46,201 nt of DNA from Actinomycetota bacterium. GTDB lineage: Bacteria > Actinomycetota > UBA4738 > HRBIN12. Position 1 is the first letter of the stretch; the number at the start of each line of letters is the position of its first letter. Position numbers and translations under genes: made by a program. Positions 1-8,424 of this stretch are shown piece by piece. The DNA lies in the NCBI GenBank assembly GCA_035637835.1, contig DASPWN010000292.1, positions 1-46,201 on the forward strand, in the 5' to 3' direction. The notes beneath the pieces are model-generated. The model made no database searches. It was not told the DNA's origin and worked only from the letters and a program-made list of their open reading frames with translations.

Positions 1-957
1 GACTGGCCCCGGATCGTCGACCGCCGGGTGGGACGGGACCTGACCACGGACGAGGCCCGAGCCCTGGCCGCCGAGGTCAACGAGAAGCTCAAGCTTCCCG
101 GCGCCACCTTCGAGCTCCGGTCCACGGTGGAGCACCGGGGGGTTCTGGTCATCCGAGCGGAGGAAGGACCCCTGTCGGCCCAGGTGACCAACACCGACCC
201 CGCGTATAGGAAGGAGGGCTCGCTCGGGGTCGCACTGGAGACGTTCGAGCTCGAGGTGGCCCGATGCGAGCCGCTGGAGAGCACGGATGCGGCCAGGCGA
301 GCCGCCGAGCTGACCAACGCCTTCGTGGAGGGAGCGGCCAAGATCCTCGACGCGTCGGAGGTGAACGCCCGGCGCCGGAGGAACGGCAAGCTGCCCGCCA
401 ACCTCGTCCTCACCCGTGACGGCGGCGACCACATCCCGAAGCTCCAGCCGATCAAGGAGCGGTTCGGCCCGACGTGGGGCTGCTTCGTGGAGATGCCGGT
501 CGAACGGGGCATCGCCATGCTCCTCGGCATGGCCTCGGTCGACGCTCCCCGTCTTTCGGCCGAGGCGGACTACGCCCGGTGGGCGGACCTGGCCTCCGAG
601 GCTCTGGACGGCTTCGACGCCCTGTACGTACACATCAAGGGCCCGGACGTCCCGGCCCACGACGGGCGCGCGGAGGACAAGCGCGACGTGATCGAGGTGA
701 TCGACCGGGCCTTCTTCGGCGAAGTTCTGCCCATGATCGACCGTAGCCGGACGATCGTGGCGGTCACCGCGGACCACTCGACCTCGTGCGTGCGCAAGGC
801 CCATACGGCGGAGCCGGTGCCCCTGCTCGTGAGCGGAGGGCCGGTGCAACCGGACGGCTCGACCTCGTTCGGTGAGCGGGCCTGCGCGGCCGGCTCCCTG
901 GGGCATTTGCGGGGCGTGGACATCGTGCCCCGGCTCGCCGCCTTGATGCGCTCCTGA
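1..957 (+). CDS. ApgM-like cofactor-independent phosphoglycerate mutase / alkaline-phosphatase-superfamily enzyme, 5' end outside window
   Basis: Listed ORF 28..957 lies in frame 1, and that frame stays open back to base 1, so the N-terminus is off-window. The C-terminal metal-site block IVAVTADHSTSCVRKAHTAEPVPLLVSG resembles archaeal-type ApgM enzymes. Assignment is from motif memory only. Confidence 0.5.
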   Translation, partial: DWPRIVDRRVGRDLTTDEARALAAEVNEKLKLPGATFELRSTVEHRGVLVIRAEEGPLSAQVTNTDPAYRKEGSLGVALETFELEVARCEPLESTDAARRAAELTNAFVEGAAKILDASEVNARRRRNGKLPANLVLTRDGGDHIPKLQPIKERFGPTWGCFVEMPVERGIAMLLGMASVDAPRLSAEADYARWADLASEALDGFDALYVHIKGPDVPAHDGRAEDKRDVIEVIDRAFFGEVLPMIDRSRTIVAVTADHSTSCVRKAHTAEPVPLLVSGGPVQPDGSTSFGERACAAGSLGHLRGVDIVPRLAALMRS

Positions 958-1044
958 GCATCTCCACGCCCGGGCCAATCCCGTCGAGCCGGTACGCACG
1001 TATAACGCGATTGGGCCAGGTTGTTCGGGAAGTCGGGCTGCTAT

Positions 1045-1050
1045 TAGACT
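1045..1050 (+). promoter_or_regulatory. -10-like hexamer TAGACT (part of ATTAGACT) upstream of the first ABC permease gene
   Basis: AT-rich TANNNT hexamer in GC-rich intergenic DNA, 38 nt upstream of ATG 1089. The same heptamer TTAGACT recurs at 4160 and 7284. Confidence 0.35.
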
Positions 1051-1088
1051 TCGGCCCTGCCGGGCCGGAAGGGAGCACGCCCACCGGG

Positions 1089-2075
1089 ATGAGCCAGGTT
1101 ACGGACACCATCACCGAGCCTGAACTCGATGCGGGGGTTGAGGTTTCCGCCGCCGTCATCGGCCGGTCCCCGTGGGAGCTCTTCTGGCGGCGGTTCCGTA
1201 GGGACAAGGTGGCCCTGCTCGGGTTGGGGTTCATCGTCCTGTTGATCCTGCTGGCCATTTCCGCACCCCTCATCGCCAGGTTCGTGGTCCATCACGGCCC
1301 GAACGAGTTGAATCAGGACCTGACGAACGAGATCGGCCTTCCCGACGTGGGCCCCAGCGGGAACTACTGGTTCGGTGTCGACACGCTCGGCCGCGACATG
1401 TTCGTGCGGACGATCTACGGGGCACGGACGTCGCTCACCGTGGCGTTCCTCGCCACCGGGCTCGCCGTCGTGATCGGCATCGTCTTGGGGACCCTGGCCG
1501 GATTCTTCGGTGGGTGGGTGGACACCGGCGTGTCCCGCGCCATCGACATCGTGCTTTCGCTCCCCATCCTGCTCCTGGCTATCGGGATCGCGGCGGCGTG
1601 CGGGATCACGGCAGCAGGGTGTCTGGGCGGGCTGATCCAACCGGGCATCTCCCTGGTCGTCGGGATCATCGCCCTGTTCAGCTGGCCCTACATCGGCCGC
1701 ATCGTGCGAGGCCAGGTGCTGTCGATCCGAGAGAAGGAGTTCATCGAGTCCTCCCGGTCCCTCGGGTTCACCAACGCGGGGATCATGTTTCGGGAGATCC
1801 TTCCCAACCTGGCAGCTCCGGTGATCGTCTACACCACGCTCATCATCCCGAACAACGTGCTGTTCGAGGCGGCCCTGTCCTTCCTGGGGGTGGGCATTCC
1901 ACAGACCACTCCGTCCTGGGGGAGGATGATCTCGGATGCCGCTGCCGGCCAGCTGTATACCGCAGCGTGGTGGATGCTGCTCTTCCCCGGGATGGCCCTC
2001 GTCTTCACCACCCTGGCCTTCAACCTGGTGGGCGATGGGCTGCGCGACGCGCTCGACCCACGGATGGGTGGGTGA
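1089..2075 (+). CDS. peptide/nickel (Dpp/Opp-type) ABC transporter permease, DppC/OppC-like
   Basis: ORF 1011..2075. Start placed at in-frame ATG 1089 (MSQVTD...) downstream of GGAAGGGAG; 1011 TTG is also possible. Multiple TM segments and the conserved permease loop SIREKEFIESSRSLGFTNAGIMFREILPNL. Confidence 0.8.
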   Translation: MSQVTDTITEPELDAGVEVSAAVIGRSPWELFWRRFRRDKVALLGLGFIVLLILLAISAPLIARFVVHHGPNELNQDLTNEIGLPDVGPSGNYWFGVDTLGRDMFVRTIYGARTSLTVAFLATGLAVVIGIVLGTLAGFFGGWVDTGVSRAIDIVLSLPILLLAIGIAAACGITAAGCLGGLIQPGISLVVGIIALFSWPYIGRIVRGQVLSIREKEFIESSRSLGFTNAGIMFREILPNLAAPVIVYTTLIIPNNVLFEAALSFLGVGIPQTTPSWGRMISDAAAGQLYTAAWWMLLFPGMALVFTTLAFNLVGDGLRDALDPRMGG

Positions 2076-2174
2076 CCGGGAGGAGCGGAGTCGCAAGCAA
2101 GGAGAGGAGGGCGAACGGCAGAAGCCGTCACTGACCAAAACCACACCGATCGAGCGAAGGGAGAGAGGGGTGCA

Positions 2175-4079
2175 ATGGAGACCTTGAAGCGAAGTTCGAG
2201 GGTTCTCGCGGTCGTAGGCGTGCTCGCCATCGTCGCCACGGCATGTGGCGGCGGCGGAGGAGAGAAGGCCTCGCCCTCGGGTCCGTCGACCAAGGGTGGC
2301 ACGTACCGGACGGCCATCGAGGACTTCGGGTTCACGAACGCGTTCGACCCCACGGGCGAGTATCTGGGGACCGCATGGGGTCTGTACTCGGACCTGCTCA
2401 CTCGGACCCTGGTGACCTACAAGCACATCGACGGCGTCGCGGGCGACGAGATCGTCCCGGACATCGCGGAGAGCTGGGAGACCTCGGCCGACGGGCTCAC
2501 GTGGACCTTCCACCTGAAGTCCGGCGTGATGTTCGGGCCCCCGCTCGACCGCGCGGTGACGTCGGCGGACATCGCGTACGCGTTCCAGCGCATCAACACC
2601 AAGTCGTTGATCGCGCAGTACGGGAACTACTACGCGGGGGTGATCGAGGGGCTGACCGGTGACGCCAAGTCGCCCAGCGCTCCCATCTCGGGCATCAGCA
2701 CGCCGGATGACTCCACGATCGTCTTCACCCTGACCAAGCCGACGGGCGACTTCCTGTACCGGGCAGCGATGCCCGCGACCGCGCCCATCCCCGAGGAGGT
2801 CGGGAAGTGCTTCACCAAGGCCGGCGACTACGGCCGGTTCGTGATCTCCTCCGGGCCGTACATGCTCAAGGGGGAGGACGCGCTGGACACGTCGTCGTGC
2901 AACGCCATGAAGCCCATCTCCGGGTGGGACCCGGACAAGTTCATGGTGTTCGTCCGGAACCCCAACTACGACGCCGCGACGGACAGCCCCGACGTCCGGT
3001 CGGCGAACCTCGACGGCGTGGTGATCACGATCGACACGAACACGGACGACATCTTCAACAAGATCCAGTCGGGAGAGCTGGACGGGTCGTGGGCGAGCCT
3101 TCCGCCGGCAACCCTGGAGCAGCAGTACCTCACCAACCCCGACCTGAAGGACAACTTCCACATCAATTCGGGCGACCGCACCTGGTACATCACGATGAAC
3201 CTCCTGGTGCCGCCGTTCGACGACGTGCACGTCCGGAAGGCGGTCAACTTCGTGATCGACAAGGCGGCCCTCCAGAAGGTCTGGGGTGGTCCACCCCACG
3301 GGGAGATCGCCACGATGCCCGAGCCGCCGACCGTGCTCGAGGCTACGGCCAACACGGACCCTTACCCGAGCCCGAACCACGAGGGCGATGTCGCTGCGGC
3401 GCAGGCCGAGATGAAGCAGTCCAAGTACGACTCGAACGGCGACGGCAAGTGCGACGCGGACGTGTGCAACAACGTTCTGTTGATCAACCGCAACTCCACA
3501 CCGCAGGTGAGCATGAGCCCGATCCTCACGGAGGACCTGGCCAAGATCGGGATCAACGTGAAGATCCGCGAGCTGGACACCAGCACCGCGTACACGACGA
3601 TCCAGACGTTGGACAACCTGGTCCCGATCGCGTCGAACGCCGGATGGGGCAAGGACTACGCCGACCCGTACGGGTTCGACTTCTTCATCTTCAATAGCGC
3701 TGGCATCGCGTGCTCGGGCCAGGTGAACTACTCCGAGCTCGGCATGACGAAGGACCAGGCGGCCGAGTGCGGCCCGAAGGTCCTGGCCGCGTGGAACGCC
3801 GCCACCGACAATGGGAAGACCCCGCTTCCATCGGTGGACAAGAAGATGGACGAGTGCTACGGGTTGACGGGCGACGACCGGACGAACTGCTGGGTCGAGC
3901 TCGACACGTACCTGATGGAGGATGCCGTGCCGTGGGTGCCCTACCTGTGGGCCACCGTGTTCACGGTGACCGGCGACTCCGTGACGCACTGGGAGTACGA
4001 TCAGTTCGCCGGGGCCCTGTCGTTCGCCCACATCGCCGTGAACAACGGCATCGACCCCAACTCGGTGCCGGTCGGCTAA
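2175..4079 (+). CDS. ABC transporter substrate-binding lipoprotein, family 5 (peptide/nickel)
   Basis: 634 aa. Signal peptide with lipobox LAIVATAC followed by a Gly-rich linker. Size and sequence style match Dpp/Opp-type binding proteins. GGGAGAGAGGGG sits upstream of ATG 2175. Confidence 0.8.
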   Translation: METLKRSSRVLAVVGVLAIVATACGGGGGEKASPSGPSTKGGTYRTAIEDFGFTNAFDPTGEYLGTAWGLYSDLLTRTLVTYKHIDGVAGDEIVPDIAESWETSADGLTWTFHLKSGVMFGPPLDRAVTSADIAYAFQRINTKSLIAQYGNYYAGVIEGLTGDAKSPSAPISGISTPDDSTIVFTLTKPTGDFLYRAAMPATAPIPEEVGKCFTKAGDYGRFVISSGPYMLKGEDALDTSSCNAMKPISGWDPDKFMVFVRNPNYDAATDSPDVRSANLDGVVITIDTNTDDIFNKIQSGELDGSWASLPPATLEQQYLTNPDLKDNFHINSGDRTWYITMNLLVPPFDDVHVRKAVNFVIDKAALQKVWGGPPHGEIATMPEPPTVLEATANTDPYPSPNHEGDVAAAQAEMKQSKYDSNGDGKCDADVCNNVLLINRNSTPQVSMSPILTEDLAKIGINVKIRELDTSTAYTTIQTLDNLVPIASNAGWGKDYADPYGFDFFIFNSAGIACSGQVNYSELGMTKDQAAECGPKVLAAWNAATDNGKTPLPSVDKKMDECYGLTGDDRTNCWVELDTYLMEDAVPWVPYLWATVFTVTGDSVTHWEYDQFAGALSFAHIAVNNGIDPNSVPVG

Positions 4080-4103
4080 GGCAAGGAACCGCAACAGGAA
4101 GGG

Positions 4104-4132
4104 GGGCCGCCCGGCACACAGCCGGGCGGCCC
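4104..4132 (+). terminator. GC-rich stem-loop after the binding-protein gene (12-bp stem, 5-nt loop), then GCGTTTCC
   Basis: GGGCCGCCCGGC-ACACA-GCCGGGCGGCCC is a perfect inverted repeat 25 nt after stop 4079. Only a short T run follows, so it may act as a partial terminator or mRNA stabiliser rather than a strong terminator. Confidence 0.5.
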
Positions 4133-4160
4133 GCGTTTCCCCTCCTTGGGGCACGAGGAT

Positions 4161-4166
4161 TAGACT
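4161..4166 (+). promoter_or_regulatory. -10-like hexamer TAGACT, 9 nt upstream of ATG 4176
   Basis: Second copy of ATTAGACT. It lies between the stem-loop and the next permease start, and no Shine-Dalgarno sequence sits between it and the ATG. Confidence 0.35.
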
Positions 4167-4175
4167 GTAGGGACC

Positions 4176-5144
4176 ATGGGCCGGTACATCGTCCGGAGGC
4201 TGGTGTGGCTGTTCTTCGTCCTGCTCGTGATCACGTTCATCAGCTTCTTGATCTTCTTCGTCATGCCCTCCAAGGACCCGTCGGTCATCTTTGCAGGTAG
4301 GCAGCCCACCCCCGAGCTGGTGGCCGAGGTCCGGCACCAGTTCGGACTGGATCATCCGTGGCCCGTGCAATACGCCCTGTTCGTCAAGCGGATCTTCCTG
4401 GGTGACCAGTACGGGTGGCCCGGCCTGGGGTTCTCCTTCAACACCCGGTCGGCGCTGAAGCCCATCATCTTCAGCCGCATGCTGGTCACGATGCAGCTGG
4501 CTTTCGGCGCCGCGGTGGTGTGGCTGCTCATCGGCATCCCCATCGGGATCCTGTCGGCCCTGAGACCCCGGTCGGTCTTCGACCGAATGGCCATGGGCTT
4601 CGCCCTGTTCGGGGTGTCGGCCCCGGTGTTCTTCCTAGGGCCGTTGTTCCTGTATATCTTCTGGTTCAAGTTTGGCATCGCCCCCGGCTCGGGCTACTAC
4701 GCGATCGGGCAGTACGGCCTGGGCACGTGGTTCTCCCACTTCATCATGCCGTGGATCGTGCTGGCGCTGCTGTACGCGGCCTTCTATGCCCGTATGACCC
4801 GGGCCAACCTCATCGAGACCATGGGCCAGGACTACATCCGGACGGCCCGGGCCAAAGGCCTGTCCGAGCGCACGGTGGTCCTGAAGCACGGCCTGCGTGC
4901 CAGCCTGACCCCCGTGGTCACCATGTTCGGCCTGGACGTCGGCGGCCTGCTCGGCGGGGCCTTCATCACCGAGACCGTGTTCAACCTTCCGGGCATCGGC
5001 GCGTACGCCATCAAGTCCGTGGGCTCGGGTGACCTCTACGCCATCCTGGACATCACGATCATCGCCGGGTTCTTCATCACGTTCATGAATCTGGTCGTTG
5101 ATGTTCTCTATGCCTTCCTCGACCCCCGCGTTCGGTACACCTAG
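4176..5144 (+). CDS. peptide ABC transporter permease, DppB/OppB-like
   Basis: 322 aa with six predicted TM segments. Conserved loop YIRTARAKGLSERTVVLKHGLRASL typical of DppB/OppB permeases. Confidence 0.85.
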   Translation: MGRYIVRRLVWLFFVLLVITFISFLIFFVMPSKDPSVIFAGRQPTPELVAEVRHQFGLDHPWPVQYALFVKRIFLGDQYGWPGLGFSFNTRSALKPIIFSRMLVTMQLAFGAAVVWLLIGIPIGILSALRPRSVFDRMAMGFALFGVSAPVFFLGPLFLYIFWFKFGIAPGSGYYAIGQYGLGTWFSHFIMPWIVLALLYAAFYARMTRANLIETMGQDYIRTARAKGLSERTVVLKHGLRASLTPVVTMFGLDVGGLLGGAFITETVFNLPGIGAYAIKSVGSGDLYAILDITIIAGFFITFMNLVVDVLYAFLDPRVRYT

Positions 5145-5182
5145 GCGGATGGTTCGAACACCAGCACCGCCGAGGACGTCCG

Positions 5183-6196
5183 GTGCCTGAGCCGCTGCTG
5201 GATGTGAGGGACCTGCGGGTCCACTTCCCCACGGACGACGGACTGGTCAAGGCGGTGGACGGAGTCACCTTCTCCGTCATGCCTGGGGAGACCCTAGGGG
5301 TGGTCGGAGAGTCCGGCTCGGGCAAGAGCGTGTCGTTCCTCACGGTGATGGGGCTGATCACCGCCCGCCAAGCCCAGATCCAGGGCGAGGTGATCTTCGA
5401 GGGCGTGGACCTGGTCAAGCTCCCGAAGGAGGAGATGCGGAACATCCGGGGCCTGAAGATCGGCATGGTCTTCCAGGATCCCATGACCTCGCTCCATCCC
5501 TTCTACAAGGTGGGGAACCAGATCGCCGAGGCCATCCTGGCCCATCGGAAGATCGGCAAGAAGGAGGCCATGGACCAGGCCATCGACATGCTCCGCCGGG
5601 TGGGGATCCCCCGGCCCGACGAGCGAGCCCGGCAGTATCCCCACGAGTTCTCCGGAGGCATGCGCCAGCGGGCCATGATCGCCATGGCCCTGTCCCTGAA
5701 CCCAGACTTGCTCATCGCCGACGAGCCCACCACGGCCCTCGACGTCACCGTCCAGGCGCAGATCCTCGACCTCATCGATCGGTTGAAGCAGGAGTTCAAC
5801 GCCGCGGTGGTCATCATCACCCACGACCTGGGGGTGGTGGCAGAGCACTGCGACAACATCCAGGTGATGTACGCCGGCAAGGCCGTTGAGTACGGCTACG
5901 CCCGCGACATCTACTACGACGCCGACCACCCGTACACCTGGGGTCTGCTGCAGTCGATCGCCCGGGTGGACGCGCCCCGGACCGAGCGGCTGAAGCCGAT
6001 CAAGGGGCTCCCGCCGTCGCTGATCTTCGTCCCGCCCGGGTGCCCATTCCACCCCCGATGCCCCTACGTCTTCGACCGGTGCAGGACCGAGGTGCCCCAG
6101 CTCCTCCCGGTCGACGGGCACCACGCCTCGGCCTGCCACCTCTCGCTCGAGGACAAGGAACGGATCTTCAAGGAGGAGGTGATGGTGCACCAGTGA
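5183..6196 (+). CDS. peptide ABC transporter ATP-binding protein, DppD/OppD-like
   Basis: Walker A GESGSGKS, signature FSGGMRQR, Walker B LLIADEPTTALD, and a C-terminal oligopeptide-type extension (HPYTWGLL, GCPFHPRCP). GTG start 5183 follows GAGGACG. Confidence 0.9.
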   Translation: MPEPLLDVRDLRVHFPTDDGLVKAVDGVTFSVMPGETLGVVGESGSGKSVSFLTVMGLITARQAQIQGEVIFEGVDLVKLPKEEMRNIRGLKIGMVFQDPMTSLHPFYKVGNQIAEAILAHRKIGKKEAMDQAIDMLRRVGIPRPDERARQYPHEFSGGMRQRAMIAMALSLNPDLLIADEPTTALDVTVQAQILDLIDRLKQEFNAAVVIITHDLGVVAEHCDNIQVMYAGKAVEYGYARDIYYDADHPYTWGLLQSIARVDAPRTERLKPIKGLPPSLIFVPPGCPFHPRCPYVFDRCRTEVPQLLPVDGHHASACHLSLEDKERIFKEEVMVHQ

Positions 6197-7287
6197 GCGT
6201 GACGGTCTCCGAACGCCAGGCACCTTCCGAGCGCCAGGGAGTCCAACCACTGGTGAAGCTGGTCGGGGTGAAGAAGTACTTCCCCATCAGCCGAGGCATC
6301 ATCTTCCAGAAGCACGTCGGGGACGTGCACGCGGTGGACGGGGTCGACCTGGAGGTCTATCCGGGGGAGACCCTGGGCCTCGTTGGAGAGACGGGCTGCG
6401 GCAAGTCCACGCTGGCCCGGGTAACGATGCGCCTGTTCGACGCCACGGACGGCTCTATCTTCTTCGAGGGCCGGGACATCACCAAGCTGAGGGGCAAGGA
6501 CCTCCGGCTGATCCGCCGCGACATGCAGATGATCTTCCAGGACCCGTACGCCTCGCTGAACCCTCGAAAGACCGTGGGGAGCATCATCGGGGCCCCCTAC
6601 CGGCTGCACAAGACCATCCCCAGAAGCAAGATCAAGAGCGAGGTCCAGCAGCTCATGGAGTTGGTGGGGCTGAACCCCGAGCACTACAACCGATATCCGC
6701 ACGAGTTCTCCGGCGGGCAGCGGCAGCGGATCGGGGTGGCTCGTGCCCTGGCGCTTCGACCCAAGCTCATCGTGTGCGACGAGCCCGTATCGGCGCTCGA
6801 CGTGTCGATCCAGGCGCAGATCCTGAACCTGTTGGAGGACCTCCAGGAGGAGTTCAACCTGACGTACCTGTTCATCGCCCACGACCTGTCGGTGGTCAAG
6901 CACGTGTCGGACCGCGTCGCGGTGATGTACCTGGGGAAGATCGTCGAGATGGCGTCGGGCGATACCCTGTACATGAACCCCAAGCACCCGTACTCGGGAG
7001 CCCTCCTCTCGGCAGTGCCCATCGCCGACCCCGACCTGGCCGCCCAGAGGAAGCGGATCATCCTGGAGGGCGACGTTCCCTCACCCATCGACCCTCCTTC
7101 GGGATGCCGGTTCCACCCGAGGTGCCCCCAGAGCCGGGCCATGTCTCTGGCTCAAGGGCTCGGTGACCAGCCCCACCCCCGATGCACGGAGGAGGAGCCC
7201 GAGCTCACGCCGCAGCATCCGGGACAGGTGGCGGCGTGCCACTTCCCGTTGCCCGACCGGGCGGTCATCGCGGTGGACGCGGGTTAG
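6193..7287 (+). CDS. peptide ABC transporter ATP-binding protein, DppF/OppF-like
   Basis: ORF 6040..7287 trimmed to in-frame GTG 6193, which overlaps the upstream stop (GTGA). Walker A GETGCGKS, signature FSGGQRQR, Walker B LIVCDEPVSALD, and C-terminal GCRFHPRCP. Confidence 0.85.
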   Translation: MSVTVSERQAPSERQGVQPLVKLVGVKKYFPISRGIIFQKHVGDVHAVDGVDLEVYPGETLGLVGETGCGKSTLARVTMRLFDATDGSIFFEGRDITKLRGKDLRLIRRDMQMIFQDPYASLNPRKTVGSIIGAPYRLHKTIPRSKIKSEVQQLMELVGLNPEHYNRYPHEFSGGQRQRIGVARALALRPKLIVCDEPVSALDVSIQAQILNLLEDLQEEFNLTYLFIAHDLSVVKHVSDRVAVMYLGKIVEMASGDTLYMNPKHPYSGALLSAVPIADPDLAAQRKRIILEGDVPSPIDPPSGCRFHPRCPQSRAMSLAQGLGDQPHPRCTEEEPELTPQHPGQVAACHFPLPDRAVIAVDAG

Positions 7288-7290
7288 ACT
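7285..7290 (+). promoter_or_regulatory. -10-like hexamer TAGACT exactly 6 nt upstream of the secG ATG (leaderless geometry)
   Basis: GTTAGACT-GAGGCC-ATG. The TAG is also the stop codon of the preceding ATPase gene, and there is no Shine-Dalgarno sequence before secG. Confidence 0.4.
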
Positions 7291-7296
7291 GAGGCC

Positions 7297-7524
7297 ATGC
7301 TGAACGTCGCCGCGCTGGCACTGAACATTGCCTCGTCCCTGTTCCTGATCGTGTTCATCCTGCTGCACTCGGGGCGGGGGAGCGGACTCTCCGACATGTT
7401 CGGGGGCACCAGCAGCCTGACCGGAGGAACCTCCCTGGAGCGCCGGCTGGACAAGATCACCGTGGTCACGGCGATCATCTTCGGCCTGTCCACGTTCTGG
7501 CTGTCCTGGCAGTGGGGCAAGTAG
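7297..7524 (+). CDS. secG: preprotein translocase subunit SecG
   Basis: 75 aa with two TM helices flanking the characteristic Gly-rich loop LLHSGRGSGLSDMFGG...GG..LERRLDKIT. Confidence 0.85.
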   Translation: MLNVAALALNIASSLFLIVFILLHSGRGSGLSDMFGGTSSLTGGTSLERRLDKITVVTAIIFGLSTFWLSWQWGK

Positions 7525-7547
7525 CCCGGGTCGGGCCGAGCCGGCTG

Positions 7548-7553
7548 TACAAT
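7548..7553 (+). promoter_or_regulatory. -10 hexamer TACAAT for the tRNA-Leu gene
   Basis: Near-consensus TACAAT lies 11 nt upstream of the mature tRNA 5' end (7565). Confidence 0.45.
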
Positions 7554-7564
7554 CCTCGACACTC

Positions 7565-7650
7565 GTCGGAGTGGCGGAACTAGGTAGACGCGCTAGGTTG
7601 AGGGCCTAGTGGGCGCATAGCCCGTCGGGGTTCAAATCCCCGCTCCGACA
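7565..7650 (+). tRNA. tRNA-Leu, anticodon GAG, class II with long variable arm; CCA not encoded
   Basis: Folded by hand. Acceptor GTCGGAG/CTCCGAC, anticodon stem CTAGG/CCTAG with loop TTGAGGG, variable arm GGGC-GCATA-GCCC, T arm CGGGG-TTCAAAT-CCCCG, discriminator A. Downstream sequence is CCG, not CCA. Confidence 0.9.
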
Positions 7651-7725
7651 CCGATCCGCGAGGCGTCGATCTCTCATCTTCCTCTCACCGCTCCCGGCTA
7701 GGCTTTGCCCCACCGGGAGGTGCCG

Positions 7726-8424
7726 GTGCGGGTGCTGGTCGTGGAAGACGAGGTCAAGATGGCCGGCCTCCTCAAGCGCGGACTGGAGGAGGAGGGCTAC
7801 GCGGTCGACATCTCCGGCACCGGCCACGACGCGCTGTGGCTCGCGTCGGAGAACACCTACGATGCCGTGGTCCTCGACGTCATGCTGCCGGACATCGACG
7901 GCTTCGAAGTGTGCAGGAGTCTCCGAGCTGCGGGGCGGTGGAGCCCGGTGCTCATGCTGACCGCCCGCGACGGCGTCCCCGACCGGGTGTCGGGGCTCGA
8001 CGCGGGGGCCGACGACTACTTGACGAAGCCGTTTTCGTTCGCGGAGCTTCTCGCGCGGCTGCGCGCCCTGTTCCGTCGGGGGGCTTCGGAGCGTCCGCCG
8101 TTCCTGTCCGTGGGGGACGTGACGCTTGACCCCGCGACCCATCGCGTGAGCCGAGCGGGCACTCCCATCGAACTCAGCGCCAAGGAGTTCTCCCTGCTCG
8201 AGTACTTCATGCGACATCCCGGGGAGGTCTTGTCCCGCACCCGGCTGATCGAGCACGTGTGGGACTTCGCGTACGAGGGTGACTCCAACGTGGTGGACGT
8301 GTACGTCCGGTACCTGCGGGAGAAGGTCGATCGCCCATTCGGTTCGGACTCGATCGAGACCGTCCGGGGAGCCGGCTATCGCCTGAGGGAGGAGCCCGCG
8401 AGTGCGCCTACCGATCAGGGCTAG
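7726..8424 (+). CDS. OmpR/PhoB-family two-component response regulator
   Basis: ORF 7705..8424. Likely start is GTG 7726, 5 nt after GGGAGG (VRVLVVEDE...). Receiver domain (LDVMLPDIDG, TARD, KPF) plus winged-helix output domain (RTRLIEHVWD, VDVYVRYLREK, ETVRGAGY). Confidence 0.9.
   Translation: MRVLVVEDEVKMAGLLKRGLEEEGYAVDISGTGHDALWLASENTYDAVVLDVMLPDIDGFEVCRSLRAAGRWSPVLMLTARDGVPDRVSGLDAGADDYLTKPFSFAELLARLRALFRRGASERPPFLSVGDVTLDPATHRVSRAGTPIELSAKEFSLLEYFMRHPGEVLSRTRLIEHVWDFAYEGDSNVVDVYVRYLREKVDRPFGSDSIETVRGAGYRLREEPASAPTDQG

Noticed and set aside
1044-4370. 1108-aa ORF on the minus strand spanning three ABC transporter genes
   Set aside because: It is a shadow ORF typical of high-GC DNA. The product is Arg/Pro/Gly/Asp/His-rich low complexity with no motifs. 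It lies antisense to three plus-strand genes that have clear family signatures and proper RBS and lipobox features.
7565-7725. tRNA-Leu as a possible genomic-island integration site
   Set aside because: There is no integrase, no direct repeat of the tRNA 3' end and no compositional break downstream. The following genes are ordinary two-component genes with the same GC and codon style.
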